From the IMG/VR virus record IMGVR_UViG_3300031555_003155: 64,000 nt of DNA. The stretch is one strand, 5' to 3'. The notes below the pieces were generated by a model. It saw only the letters and a program-made list of their open reading frames with translations, searched no databases and was not told where the DNA came from. This stretch comes from a virus. Lineage: Duplodnaviria; Caudoviricetes. Shown piece after piece: positions 19,672 to 29,868 of the stretch (its first letter is position 1; every line of letters begins with the position of its first letter). Made by a program: the position numbers and the translations under genes.

Positions 19672-19675
19672 TATT

Positions 19676-20782
19676 ATGAATTTATATTTTAATCTATTTA
19701 AAGTTAAATTTACAAAACTTGATGAAATTATTCAAAATACTATAGGAGGGTTGCCTAGAGGTAGCGCTGTTAATGTATTTATAAATCTTGAAGATGTTAT
19801 AAGAAAATTAGCAAATCCTAAAGTAGATGAATATTTGCGTATAAGTGGTGAAAATAAACATATCGAATTGATATCAGAAATAATAAATCTCGCGTCACAT
19901 TATAGATTATATTTTGCAAAAAATAAAATACATTCAAATGTATATTTGTATATTCAGTATCCTTTTAAAGGTATTCAAAAAAATAGTATGTTTAATAAAG
20001 ACTATAGAAAATATTATTATCATAAATTTAATAATGACATATCGTATTTCTCATTATCCGAAGCATTGCATAATGCAATACCTTTAGCTAAGATAGTATT
20101 AGAGTATATAGAGGGAGTTTATTTTATAGAAAGCGGAAATATAGAAAATTCAGTTGTGCCTAAAGTTATTATGGAACACACAAAACCTACTGATTTACAT
20201 AATAGAGAAATTAATGCTAATTTTATTGTATCTACAGGGATATACGACTATCAATATGTAAATAATAATACATATGTAATTATATCCAAGCAAGATGAAA
20301 GTGAGATTTTAACTAAAGATAATGTTATTAAATATATTAAACGTACAAATAATATTAATAGTAATCATAATATAACTTCTCAATTTATACCATTTATATT
20401 ATCTATTATTGGAAATAAGCATAGGAATATATACAATATAAAAGGATATGGTATTAAGAAAGTATTTAAATTATTGGATACTGCTCTTAATGAGAATTTA
20501 ATTACAGAAAATATGAATAATATAAATTTATTATCAAGTATAATAAAATCTGGATATCGGGATATTGTTATGAATAATTATTATTGTACAGATATAGGAT
20601 TTCAATACAAACAGTTAAATACAAAAGATATTAATGATATAACATCTCAAATTGTTGATAGATTTGATAATATATCATTAAAGAAAATAAATGATGAGTT
20701 TTTTGCAAATACACCATTGAATTTAATGGAGATAACAGCAAAGGTTTCAGACATAAAAAATAAACCTAAGGTTATATTTTAA
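19676..20782 (+). CDS. Diverged 5'-3' exonuclease/FEN-fold protein
   Basis: H3TH-like IIGNKHRNIYNIKGYGIKK; N-terminal PIN-like beta/alpha pattern with few acidic catalytic residues. Confidence 0.5.
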   Translation: MNLYFNLFKVKFTKLDEIIQNTIGGLPRGSAVNVFINLEDVIRKLANPKVDEYLRISGENKHIELISEIINLASHYRLYFAKNKIHSNVYLYIQYPFKGIQKNSMFNKDYRKYYYHKFNNDISYFSLSEALHNAIPLAKIVLEYIEGVYFIESGNIENSVVPKVIMEHTKPTDLHNREINANFIVSTGIYDYQYVNNNTYVIISKQDESEILTKDNVIKYIKRTNNINSNHNITSQFIPFILSIIGNKHRNIYNIKGYGIKKVFKLLDTALNENLITENMNNINLLSSIIKSGYRDIVMNNYYCTDIGFQYKQLNTKDINDITSQIVDRFDNISLKKINDEFFANTPLNLMEITAKVSDIKNKPKVIF

Positions 20783-20790
20783 AGGAGGGG

Positions 20791-21177
20791 TTGATGGTGG
20801 ATAATACATTCATGTCAAAAATAGATCTTGTTCGCTCAATAAGAATTATTCTATCCGAGTCATACAAGTTAGGTGATTTTGGTTTTAGTATGGCTACTAT
20901 AAGTAAAGTTAAGGCAATAACTCTACTACTCCGTGTATTTGGAATATATGAAATGACGGAGCGTTTAGATATGCCAGTATTTGATGATGTTGTGCTCCAT
21001 AAAATTGATATCATATCTGATAAAACGATACCCGCAATAAAAAAGTCATCTCATCTACATAATAAATCAGCGTTCGACATAGTAGAAATTGTATGTCAAA
21101 CAATATGTGCATATCCTGATGACTCGGATATGTTAAATAATATTGAAATGTATTTATCTGATATATTTAAACTGTAA
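20791..21177 (+). CDS. Hypothetical protein
   Basis: AAGGAGG RBS, operonic. Confidence 0.7.
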   Translation: MMVDNTFMSKIDLVRSIRIILSESYKLGDFGFSMATISKVKAITLLLRVFGIYEMTERLDMPVFDDVVLHKIDIISDKTIPAIKKSSHLHNKSAFDIVEIVCQTICAYPDDSDMLNNIEMYLSDIFKL

Positions 21178-21193
21178 GGAGTGATATCGATAT

Positions 21194-21766
21194 ATGATAA
21201 ATAAACAATATCTTATTGATAATAATATTAAATTAACCCATGATAACACAATATTCTTTTGGAATCCAAAAAAAGAAAATGGGTTTTTATCTCAATGGTA
21301 TCATAGTGAATTTACATTATTTAATGTAGATTATACATGTGCAGAACAATGTATGATGTTTTATAAGGCATTATTATTTAACGATGTTTGGAGCGGACTA
21401 CTCATAAGTAAACAATATAAAACACCAAAAATGTATAAAGAGCTTGGACGCAATGTTAAAAATTTTGATCAAAAAATATGGGATGAAAATAAAGTTAAAA
21501 TAGTGTGGTTAACAAATATTGCGAAATTTACAGATAATAAAGAACTCACGAATATGTTATTAGATACTGGAAACAAGTATTTGATAGAAGCATCACCATA
21601 TGATAATGTATGGGGAATAGGTTTAACTGCTCATGACCCTAAACGGTTTAAACCAAATGAATGGAATGGTGAAAATTTATTAGGTTTCACGTTAATGCGT
21701 GTGAGGGATTGTTTAATGAAACATAAGAAAATTAATGAAAATAAAGATGAGGTACTAACCGAATAG
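21194..21766 (+). CDS. NADAR (YbiA/RibX-like) family protein
   Basis: FLSQWY, AEQCMMFYKALLF, KELGRNVKNFD, EASPYDNVWGIG, GENLLGFTLMRVR. Confidence 0.9.
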   Translation: MINKQYLIDNNIKLTHDNTIFFWNPKKENGFLSQWYHSEFTLFNVDYTCAEQCMMFYKALLFNDVWSGLLISKQYKTPKMYKELGRNVKNFDQKIWDENKVKIVWLTNIAKFTDNKELTNMLLDTGNKYLIEASPYDNVWGIGLTAHDPKRFKPNEWNGENLLGFTLMRVRDCLMKHKKINENKDEVLTE

Positions 21767-21778
21767 GTTAGTACCTCA
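21748..21778 (+). terminator. Intrinsic terminator-like hairpin
   Basis: tgaggtactaacc / ggttagtacctca. Confidence 0.65.
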
Positions 21779-21851
21779 ATTATACATTATTCTTTATTTT
21801 TTTATTATCACACATTTAATTAATAAAAAATATTAAAGGAGATGATTATTA

Positions 21852-23093
21852 ATGGCTTTAGTTAAAGAAACTGACCATTATAAATATAGAATTTCTTTGC
21901 TTGAAATCGTTATTCCCGGACAAGATACAGTTACGTTAAAAACACCTAATATAAATTCAATGGGAATAGAAAAAGACTTTGATAATGACCATTTTCCTAT
22001 ATTACATTTAAGTTTAAATATACCACCAGAGTTGTATTTTAATATTTTAGAAAATAAAACTACTGTTAAATTTCGAGTTAGATTAGAAAGTTATATATAT
22101 GATGCGAATAATGAGATCCGAAGAACTAATGTTGTATTTAATGATAGTTTTTCTATTTTTATTGATGATAATGCAACATTTGTCGATAAAGACTTATACT
22201 TAAAAGCAAAAGAGGAGAATGGTGGAAATTATCAATTAACAGACTTCTCTCAACCAAGAGACTTTTTCTTATTTAAAGAAAAAGATTTGCTTGGTTCAAA
22301 AACTATAACTAATGCTGTAATTACATCAGGAAACATGACAGATATTTCCACATTTTTATTATCTAATGCTAATATAAATAATATTCTTATGACACCATTA
22401 GATAATAACCAGGTATATAATGAAGTAGTTCTATTACCAGTATCGACTATACATAATCTTATCTATTTGGAAAAACAATATGGTATGTATTATCACGGGT
22501 TATTACTGTTCTTTGATTTCGAAAGAGCATATTTTATTAATAAAACATCAGAGTGTACAGCTTGGAAATCGGGTGAATTTAAAGATGTTGTTGTTGAAAG
22601 TTTTAAAAGTTCTAACCCTAATTCAATAACTCCAGGATGTATTCGTGATGAAGATAATAAAAAGTATATAATCCATGCAGCAAAAGATAGTATAGAGATG
22701 ATAACATCATCCATAGTAGACGATCAATTGTCTGGTAATGATATGGTTGTTATTGATGCTGGTACCGGAAATGTTACTAATGTAACTCCTAGTGTACAAC
22801 AAAGAGGTTCTGGTACGAAAAAAATATTAATTGATAATTTCAATAATCCATTCACAAAGAAGAGTATGGAATATAGAAAATTAGAGAATGATGGTATATT
22901 GAAATTAACATTACAAAATATCGATATGGAAGCATTGACTCCTAATAAAAAATTCACATTTATATTTGAAGATACAGCTATACAGAAACAGCGCGGCGGT
23001 TCTTACAGATTAAGTAATGTTATTTATACATTTGATAAACAGGGTCTCGAGTATACAGTGAGAGCCAAAACAGTATTTAAAAAAATAAAATAA
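21852..23093 (+). CDS. Probable baseplate hub protein (gp27/GpD-like)
   Basis: About 410 aa, beta-rich; C-terminal GSYRLSNVIYTF; CACA-N6-TA variant promoter at 21811-21822. Confidence 0.5.
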   Translation: MALVKETDHYKYRISLLEIVIPGQDTVTLKTPNINSMGIEKDFDNDHFPILHLSLNIPPELYFNILENKTTVKFRVRLESYIYDANNEIRRTNVVFNDSFSIFIDDNATFVDKDLYLKAKEENGGNYQLTDFSQPRDFFLFKEKDLLGSKTITNAVITSGNMTDISTFLLSNANINNILMTPLDNNQVYNEVVLLPVSTIHNLIYLEKQYGMYYHGLLLFFDFERAYFINKTSECTAWKSGEFKDVVVESFKSSNPNSITPGCIRDEDNKKYIIHAAKDSIEMITSSIVDDQLSGNDMVVIDAGTGNVTNVTPSVQQRGSGTKKILIDNFNNPFTKKSMEYRKLENDGILKLTLQNIDMEALTPNKKFTFIFEDTAIQKQRGGSYRLSNVIYTFDKQGLEYTVRAKTVFKKIK

Positions 23094-23222
23094 TATATAG
23101 GATATATGGAATGCTACCATATATCCTATATATTTAATGATTTTCTTAATGTTAGGAAAATCATGTAGTAATAAAAAATAGATGATTGGTAAAGAATACC
23201 AATCATCTATATATTTAATCAA

Positions 23223-24254
23223 TTAGATTAAATCCATTGCAGATTCAAGAATTGACTTAGCGCCAGTTCCAGTTTCAACTGCAGATTCTTTAGCAGGTTT
23301 GAATGTAAGGTATTTCTTAAGAATATGAACATACTGTCTGTATACTTCTTTATACGCCTGCTGTTTAAGTGAATACATGTTCTGTGCAACAGAGATACAT
23401 GCTTTAAGGTTAGTTGCAACTGTACTAACAACACCAGTAATACCTGTTTCTTCGCCCTTGTAAGATTTACCAGCGGATTCAATTTTCTTAATGCAGTTTG
23501 ATAAGTTCTTATCTGCTTCAGCAGCATCTTTCTTAACCGCTTCGATACATTTCTTGAATCCTTCAACGAATGAAATCATTTCTGATTTGCTGTTTCCTTC
23601 GAAGTCTTTAAGTTCAAGTTCTTTATCAATGTTTCCGCGTAAATCTCTAGTAATATCTGCTTTGATATCAGTAATAGCTTTACCGAATACTTTTTCAACG
23701 AATTCAGAACCACTTAACTGAGCAACATCACCTAATCTCTTTTCAAGATCTTCTTTAGTGATTTTATCGAGGTTTCCTAAATCTGTGTTAGTATAACCTG
23801 ATGCTTTCTTAGCAACGTCATCGATAGATTTTTCCATCTTAGCAACGTCATACTTATAACCCTTGTAGTTAAAGCCTGTAGCTTTCTTGTCTTCAAGTTC
23901 TTTCTTGTACTTCTTAATGAACTTTTCACCACTCATGAATTGTACTTCAAGAGTCTTGATAACTTCTTTAAACCAAGCTTTAATTTTAGCCCAAAGCTTT
24001 TTAAATGCTTCAACGATTTTCTTAAAGAAATCACCTACAACATTTTCGAGTAATGCTTCAGGATTTTCAGCACCTTCCATAACAGACTGTTCGATGATAA
24101 CGTCTGATACATAAAGTGCTGCATTTATTTTATACATATCTTCAGCAAATTCATAAAGTATCTGATCGCTGGCTTCCATAGTAGGCATAATTTCTCCAAC
24201 TTCAGGAAGATTTACGTTTTCAGTTAAAACTTTATTAGATGTAAATATAGCCAT
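23223..24254 (-). CDS. Internal head protein, paralog family
   Basis: MAIFT start, acidic propeptide with x-x-E sites, then FFKKIVEAFKKLWAKIKAWF amphipathic helix; paralog of 24285-25325. Confidence 0.7.
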   Translation of the reverse strand: MAIFTSNKVLTENVNLPEVGEIMPTMEASDQILYEFAEDMYKINAALYVSDVIIEQSVMEGAENPEALLENVVGDFFKKIVEAFKKLWAKIKAWFKEVIKTLEVQFMSGEKFIKKYKKELEDKKATGFNYKGYKYDVAKMEKSIDDVAKKASGYTNTDLGNLDKITKEDLEKRLGDVAQLSGSEFVEKVFGKAITDIKADITRDLRGNIDKELELKDFEGNSKSEMISFVEGFKKCIEAVKKDAAEADKNLSNCIKKIESAGKSYKGEETGITGVVSTVATNLKACISVAQNMYSLKQQAYKEVYRQYVHILKKYLTFKPAKESAVETGTGAKSILESAMDLI

Positions 24255-24284
24255 GTACTTTCATTCCTTTCTATATACTATTAA

Positions 24285-25325
24285 TTAATCTTTTTTCTGA
24301 TTTTTCTTAGAGAGAGCAGCAACACAGATGCTCTTATATGTGCTTGTTTGCTCATTAACTGCAGATTTCCAAGCATTAATATAGGTATTATTTATTGTTT
24401 GGAATGCAGTGAAAACGGATACTGCCGCATTAAATGCACTCGCTTTAGCAGAACCTAATTCTCCGCCTTCACGATTAGCAGCATTTTCAGCACTCTTAGC
24501 TTTATTAATAATATTATTAAATGCTGCATCCGATGCATTTTGAAATTTCTTAATAGTATCTTTAGCTTTATTTGTTTTAAGCCAGTTAACAACTGCTTTA
24601 ACATCAACAGATATTTTTTCTTTATAATCTTTACCATTTCTAAAGAACATATATAATTCTTTTTGGTAATCTTCTGATTTTATCGCACCAGATTTATGAA
24701 CAGATTCTGCTCGCACCTCATCCATCATTTTATCTTTTTCTTCAGTGAATTCTTTCATAGCCTCTTTTAATTCAGGAATAGCGGATTCGTCTTTAGTATT
24801 CTGAATTTCTGAGATGAGTTCGTTTAAACCATTTTCTGTGTCTTTAATATCATTAACACTTTCATTTGAATCAGTTGTATAAATAAAGCACTCATAATCA
24901 ATCTTACCAACAGCATTTAACTGTTTTTCATACTTCTCAGCAAATTTCTTACCATTTAAGAATAAGCCATCGAAGAATTTAACTACGTTAGCAAAGAATG
25001 CTTTAATCTTAGCCCAAAGCTTAGAAAGCATTTCTCTGATCTTAGCCCAAATGTCTTTTAAAGAAGCTTCTGTAACTTCTTCAAGTTCTTTTTCTGCTTC
25101 TTCGATTTCTTCTGCATCCTCATCAGCTTCTCTCATAGCTGTGATTTTAGCACCAAGCTTCATTTCAGCAAGGTCTAATGCATGCATAGCTTCAATAACA
25201 GCAAGCTGGTCCTCAAAGCATTCAATGCAAGCATCCATATTTCCATTAGTTTCAGCTTCATAGCCTTCAACTACTGGAAGTTCAAAATCATCATAAGTAG
25301 ATGTTTTATTTGTAAATATAGCCAT
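24285..25325 (-). CDS. Internal head protein, paralog family
   Basis: MAIFT start, acidic propeptide ending VTEA, then IWAKIREMLSKLWAKIKAFF. Confidence 0.7.
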   Translation of the reverse strand: MAIFTNKTSTYDDFELPVVEGYEAETNGNMDACIECFEDQLAVIEAMHALDLAEMKLGAKITAMREADEDAEEIEEAEKELEEVTEASLKDIWAKIREMLSKLWAKIKAFFANVVKFFDGLFLNGKKFAEKYEKQLNAVGKIDYECFIYTTDSNESVNDIKDTENGLNELISEIQNTKDESAIPELKEAMKEFTEEKDKMMDEVRAESVHKSGAIKSEDYQKELYMFFRNGKDYKEKISVDVKAVVNWLKTNKAKDTIKKFQNASDAAFNNIINKAKSAENAANREGGELGSAKASAFNAAVSVFTAFQTINNTYINAWKSAVNEQTSTYKSICVAALSKKNQKKD

Positions 25326-25351
25326 TTACTATCATCCTTTCATTATTTTTT

Positions 25352-25363
25352 TATATTAATGTT
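25352..25363 (-). promoter_or_regulatory. Late-type promoter motif AACA-N6-TA
   Basis: AACATTAATATA upstream of 25325. Confidence 0.6.
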
Positions 25364-26354
25364 ATAATAATTGGAAACCAGTCTTATCTGTCTGAACTGA
25401 ATCAGTCTTGATATCTGCTATTTTCCAACCTTCATTTTCTTTCTTAATATCAGTTTTAGACTTATCTTCTGCCATTTTACTGTTTACTTTAACTTTATCA
25501 GCCACGTTTCTCAACTTACCGATTAATTTTTCTTGTTTCTTTATAATTTCATTTTTTTTAGCAGCAGGCAATCCTGCAGCGTTAGCTTCTAAATTATTTC
25601 TATTCAATTCAAGGAACATTGCCTGAGTATTTAAGAAATCAGACAATTTCATTCTTGACTGATAGAAATAAAATATAGCTTCACGAATGATATTTACTAA
25701 TAATATAGAGCCTACTATAATAGCAGCAGGTATTGCTAAACTTACCCCAGTAAATCCTTGTGCACCTGATTTGATAACGGAGTTAATAACTTTAGAAAAA
25801 TCTCCATTAGCAACAGATTTGTTGAATTTATCGAGATTTGTTATAGAAATTCCGCCGATATTAATCTTTGAATTTACAACAGTAAATTCAAGCTTATCGA
25901 CTCTCTTAATATAATCTACAAGAGATACCATTAATAAAGTAGTTGATTCTACACACATAGCAACTAAAGTGTTATATTGTAAAATAATAAAATCTTTATT
26001 AAGTTTAAAACCTTTTTCAAATTGTTCTCGGTATGCTATTATATTTGAAATAGCCTTTTCGATAATACTTAATTCGTTCATTTTAATATTTGAACGAGTA
26101 GCAATATCACCAATTGTTTTTAAAGTTTCTGCCATTGTCTTATATCCGCTATATTTTGTAATATCACCCTTTGAATCAGGAATATCGTCAAAATCTACAT
26201 AAGATTTATCAATAGCAGATTTAAATAATTTGCCAACCATATTATTATTAACGTTATTGAGTTCTGCTTCAGTTAAAGCGAGAACTTCTCTACGTTCCGC
26301 ATATGTGTTTGCATTATCTAACAGAATCTGTATAGCATCATTTTGTGCAATCAT
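25362..26354 (-). CDS. Probable virion protein with central hydrophobic helix
   Basis: AGGAGG RBS; LTEA motif; LAIPAAIIVGSILLVNII segment. Confidence 0.6.
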   Translation of the reverse strand: MIAQNDAIQILLDNANTYAERREVLALTEAELNNVNNNMVGKLFKSAIDKSYVDFDDIPDSKGDITKYSGYKTMAETLKTIGDIATRSNIKMNELSIIEKAISNIIAYREQFEKGFKLNKDFIILQYNTLVAMCVESTTLLMVSLVDYIKRVDKLEFTVVNSKINIGGISITNLDKFNKSVANGDFSKVINSVIKSGAQGFTGVSLAIPAAIIVGSILLVNIIREAIFYFYQSRMKLSDFLNTQAMFLELNRNNLEANAAGLPAAKKNEIIKKQEKLIGKLRNVADKVKVNSKMAEDKSKTDIKKENEGWKIADIKTDSVQTDKTGFQLL

Positions 26355-26376
26355 TATTCCTCACACCTCCTTAAAC

Positions 26377-27750
26377 TTAATTTCTATTAATAGCTTTAAG
26401 CATTTCTTTAAACTTTCTTTCGCTATTAGTATTTTCTTTTTCTAAGCCAGAGAATGAAACAGACTGGAATTCTGATTGTCCATCAAATAAGAAATGAGCA
26501 ACCTGTGCAGAATTATCTACAACAACGAATCCTAATAAGAAAAATGTTTCCATAATCTTATTTGTAAATAATGGGTTGAATAAGTCATAACCATATTCAC
26601 TCTTAAGAATTTCAACTTCTTCCATAGATATAACTATTGTTGCATTAGGAAGAATTCTTTCTTTAGAGAACATTGAATCTTTCAATTTAGCCAATGCTTT
26701 TCTTCTCTTTAAAGTAATCCACCAAGGAGATGCACCTTTACTTCTGTTGACAACATCATCTTTCATTTCTTTTACTCCGAATAAGAAGTCTTTAAAGAAA
26801 GAAATTTCACCAGTTGTCCATCTTAAGAAGTTAAATGCTTTATTATTATTCTTGCATGCAATATTCATGTTAACTATCATTTCATCAGATTTGATAGGAT
26901 GCATTGTACATTTTACACCAAGAATAAAATCAACAGTACCATTATCAATATCTTTATCATTAATTAATTTGAGACGAATATGTAATGTAGTTGCAATCAA
27001 CTCATTGGCTTTTTTAACATCATTATCTTTTAATACATTCTGTGGAAGTGTAAATGTACCATCCTTGTGATTCCAATTTGGTTTAGTCTTATTAGAATCT
27101 GAGTCAACGCCTAGTTTAATAAGAGTGACTTTATCCTTTTTATCTGCAGATGGTTCGGGGTCGGAAGCGTCTTCAAATGCTTTATTAAATTTAGAATTAT
27201 ACTTTTTACTTAATTCTGGATTAGTAAAATTATAAATAGCTTCAACCTTAGGAGTATACTTATTATTAAGTATATCTTCTCTAACATCTTCCATTAAATC
27301 GATAAGTTGGTCTCTATTGCTAGCTACAATTCGATTAGTAGCTCCTTCATAGGCGGCACCATAGATAATAAAGTTTTCATTCTCAATAACATCATATGAT
27401 TCTAATGATAATGAACGCACTGCATCAAATTTATTAAACTTGGTTGGTGTATTCTGATGGAACTTTTTAAGATATTCTGCAATATTCTTATTAGCATCAG
27501 TGTCCATAAGATTTGATAAACTTAACACAACTTGCACAAAGGTCGCATAATTACGTTCGAGAGCCTTTGTGATAATTTGCATAGTTTCAATATCTAGGGT
27601 TCTACTAACTAATACGGGAAACTGCATAGTTCCTTCAGATGCACGTCTTGCAATAGAAGCACTATCTTGTTTAGATAATTTATCTTTAAGATCATCTTTT
27701 GCTGTTCCAATATCTTTCACAGTATCGACGATTTCACGAAAAATACCCAT
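26377..27750 (-). CDS. Probable virion structural protein
   Basis: 457-aa ORF in head-protein operon, late motif at 27783-27794. Confidence 0.6.
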   Translation of the reverse strand: MGIFREIVDTVKDIGTAKDDLKDKLSKQDSASIARRASEGTMQFPVLVSRTLDIETMQIITKALERNYATFVQVVLSLSNLMDTDANKNIAEYLKKFHQNTPTKFNKFDAVRSLSLESYDVIENENFIIYGAAYEGATNRIVASNRDQLIDLMEDVREDILNNKYTPKVEAIYNFTNPELSKKYNSKFNKAFEDASDPEPSADKKDKVTLIKLGVDSDSNKTKPNWNHKDGTFTLPQNVLKDNDVKKANELIATTLHIRLKLINDKDIDNGTVDFILGVKCTMHPIKSDEMIVNMNIACKNNNKAFNFLRWTTGEISFFKDFLFGVKEMKDDVVNRSKGASPWWITLKRRKALAKLKDSMFSKERILPNATIVISMEEVEILKSEYGYDLFNPLFTNKIMETFFLLGFVVVDNSAQVAHFLFDGQSEFQSVSFSGLEKENTNSERKFKEMLKAINRN

Positions 27751-27782
27751 ATTATATCTAACCTACCTTTCTTTGTCGTATT

Positions 27783-27794
27783 TATTTATATGTT
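27783..27794 (-). promoter_or_regulatory. Late-type promoter motif AACA-N6-TA
   Basis: AACATATAAATA upstream of 27750. Confidence 0.6.
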
Positions 27795-27875
27795 TAAAGG
27801 GGAAAAAAATATCCTACACCAAATAAACTATAAATTATAACAATTTCCATCATAGATAGAAATAGTTATTAATAT

Positions 27876-28103
27876 TTATCGTTTATTACGTCGATAATAT
27901 GCTTTTAAAGATTCTTGTGCTAATTCTTCATCACTCATATTTTCTCGACGTTTTTGTTTTTCTAATTTTCGTTTTTCAATTTCATCTCTTTTGTAATCTT
28001 TTAAATATGCTTTTATTCCTAATGCTTGTATGCCCATAAGCACACAATCTAAAACTTCGTCTGTTAAATCCAGACCATTTTCGTAGACTCTATAATCCCC
28101 CAT
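27876..28103 (-). CDS. Small hypothetical protein
   Basis: AAGGAG upstream; TATATATTAT at 28230-28239 (minus). Confidence 0.6.
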   Translation of the reverse strand: MGDYRVYENGLDLTDEVLDCVLMGIQALGIKAYLKDYKRDEIEKRKLEKQKRRENMSDEELAQESLKAYYRRNKR

Positions 28104-28270
28104 AGAACCTTCATCTCCTTATTAAAAATTCATAATCAGTCATTATACTATATTTCTATTGACCGATTCACAAAACATTGCGGGATGAATTTTAATGCAA
28201 GTATTATATATTTACTCTACATTGAATATATAATATATATCCGTATTTTTTCTTTATTTTTTAGCCGAGA

Positions 28271-28282
28271 AACAACTATATA
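28271..28282 (+). promoter_or_regulatory. Late-type promoter motif AACA-N6-TA
   Basis: AACAACTATATA upstream of 28311. Confidence 0.6.
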
Positions 28283-28310
28283 AGATTGAAAAATAAAGAG
28301 GTGATACTAA

Positions 28311-29849
28311 ATGGCTAAACGATTACGAGTAGTTTTCAAAAAAGTTAATGGAGATAATACTGGTTACTATACTCGTCAAGGTCCAGGTAAAACTTATCCT
28401 ACAGATGGTATACATTTTATGAGAAATTGTTCTGATGGTAAAACCTTTTATTGTGAACCAGAATCAGCAGGTAATGGTTATTATAAATTAATAGACCCCG
28501 CATCAAATGGAATAACTGTTTCTGCGGGTAAAGAATGTTATTCATGGTTGAATACAAGTTTTTGTGATTGGAGTGAAGAGGAGTACGAAGAACCTCAACC
28601 TCCAGCACAACAAAAACCAATTGTTTCAGATAATCCTGCCCAAAAGGTATATCAACCTAAACCACAAGCTAGAAGTGGAAATACAAATTTATTTGGTGAT
28701 ATGAATGCAGATACCGATGTTTGGCATTCTGGTAAAGGAGTATATACATCCGCTAAATTAAAACGGAATCAGGTGCGTGCATATCAATATTTGAATCAAG
28801 ATTATAAAGATACGAATGATAATTTACCATCATTAACAAAAATAAATCGCTCATCGTTTTACAATGATTATAGTGATTTATTAGATAATATGAGTATTAT
28901 TAGAAAAAATTTAAATATAAATGATTCAGCATCTAATCTGGTTGATATTAAATATAATATGGTTAATAGATTTGATAGATGGAAGGTTGCTCATCCCGAT
29001 ATTCAATTAACTAAATCATTCGCATATGTATTCTTTACAAGACCGGATTTAAATATATATGACCATTTAAGCTATACAGAAATGAAGCTTATTGATAGAG
29101 TTAGCAGAGACCCTGTATTTTATTATTTAGACAATAATAATAGACAGTTATTGAGATGCCTAACGAAAACATTTTCAGGTTATCATGATTTTAATCCATT
29201 TCTATCAAATATGGCAACATCATTTGAATTATCTGATGAAACTATTGATACAATTGAAACTGGCGAAACATTTACAGGTTATAAAGTTATGTATGGAAGG
29301 CATAATATAAAGTCTCGAACCGCTGGTACATTTAACATTTCATATGTAGATGATAATGAATATAAAGTATATAAAATACATCGTGCATGGGTTGACTATA
29401 TATCTAAAGTATATAGAGGCGAATTTGAAGCTAGTAAAGGCTATATTAGAGAGCGTATGTTGGACTATGCATGTTCAGTATATTATTTCCTTTGTGGTGA
29501 AGATGGGGAAACTATACTATTTTGGTCTAAATATACTGGAGTATTTCCAACAGCAATACCATCTGCAACATCGTCATGGACAAAAGGAAATACATTAAAA
29601 ATGCCCGAAATTAGTGTACCATATACATATTCATGGAAAGAAGATTTTAACCCTGTATCATTAGCTGAATTTAATAAAAACGGATTATCTAGTGGGCAAA
29701 ATACATTTGACTATATATCTACTTATGAACCAGAATTATTAACAACTGGTAAAACATTTACAGGTTCTCCATTTGTAGAAACATCTAAAAATGCTGGGGG
29801 CGACTATATATTCAAATTAAGATTTAGAGTCCCGAAAGATAATAACTAA
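28311..29849 (+). CDS. Tail-tube-fold baseplate protein (gp19/gp54-like) with SH3b-like N-terminus
   Basis: FNISYVDDNEYKVYKIHRAWVDYI...KYTGVFPT tube-fold pattern; N-terminal RQGPGKTY. Confidence 0.55.
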   Translation: MAKRLRVVFKKVNGDNTGYYTRQGPGKTYPTDGIHFMRNCSDGKTFYCEPESAGNGYYKLIDPASNGITVSAGKECYSWLNTSFCDWSEEEYEEPQPPAQQKPIVSDNPAQKVYQPKPQARSGNTNLFGDMNADTDVWHSGKGVYTSAKLKRNQVRAYQYLNQDYKDTNDNLPSLTKINRSSFYNDYSDLLDNMSIIRKNLNINDSASNLVDIKYNMVNRFDRWKVAHPDIQLTKSFAYVFFTRPDLNIYDHLSYTEMKLIDRVSRDPVFYYLDNNNRQLLRCLTKTFSGYHDFNPFLSNMATSFELSDETIDTIETGETFTGYKVMYGRHNIKSRTAGTFNISYVDDNEYKVYKIHRAWVDYISKVYRGEFEASKGYIRERMLDYACSVYYFLCGEDGETILFWSKYTGVFPTAIPSATSSWTKGNTLKMPEISVPYTYSWKEDFNPVSLAEFNKNGLSSGQNTFDYISTYEPELLTTGKTFTGSPFVETSKNAGGDYIFKLRFRVPKDNN

Positions 29850-29868
29850 TAAAGGAAGTGAGTTATAA

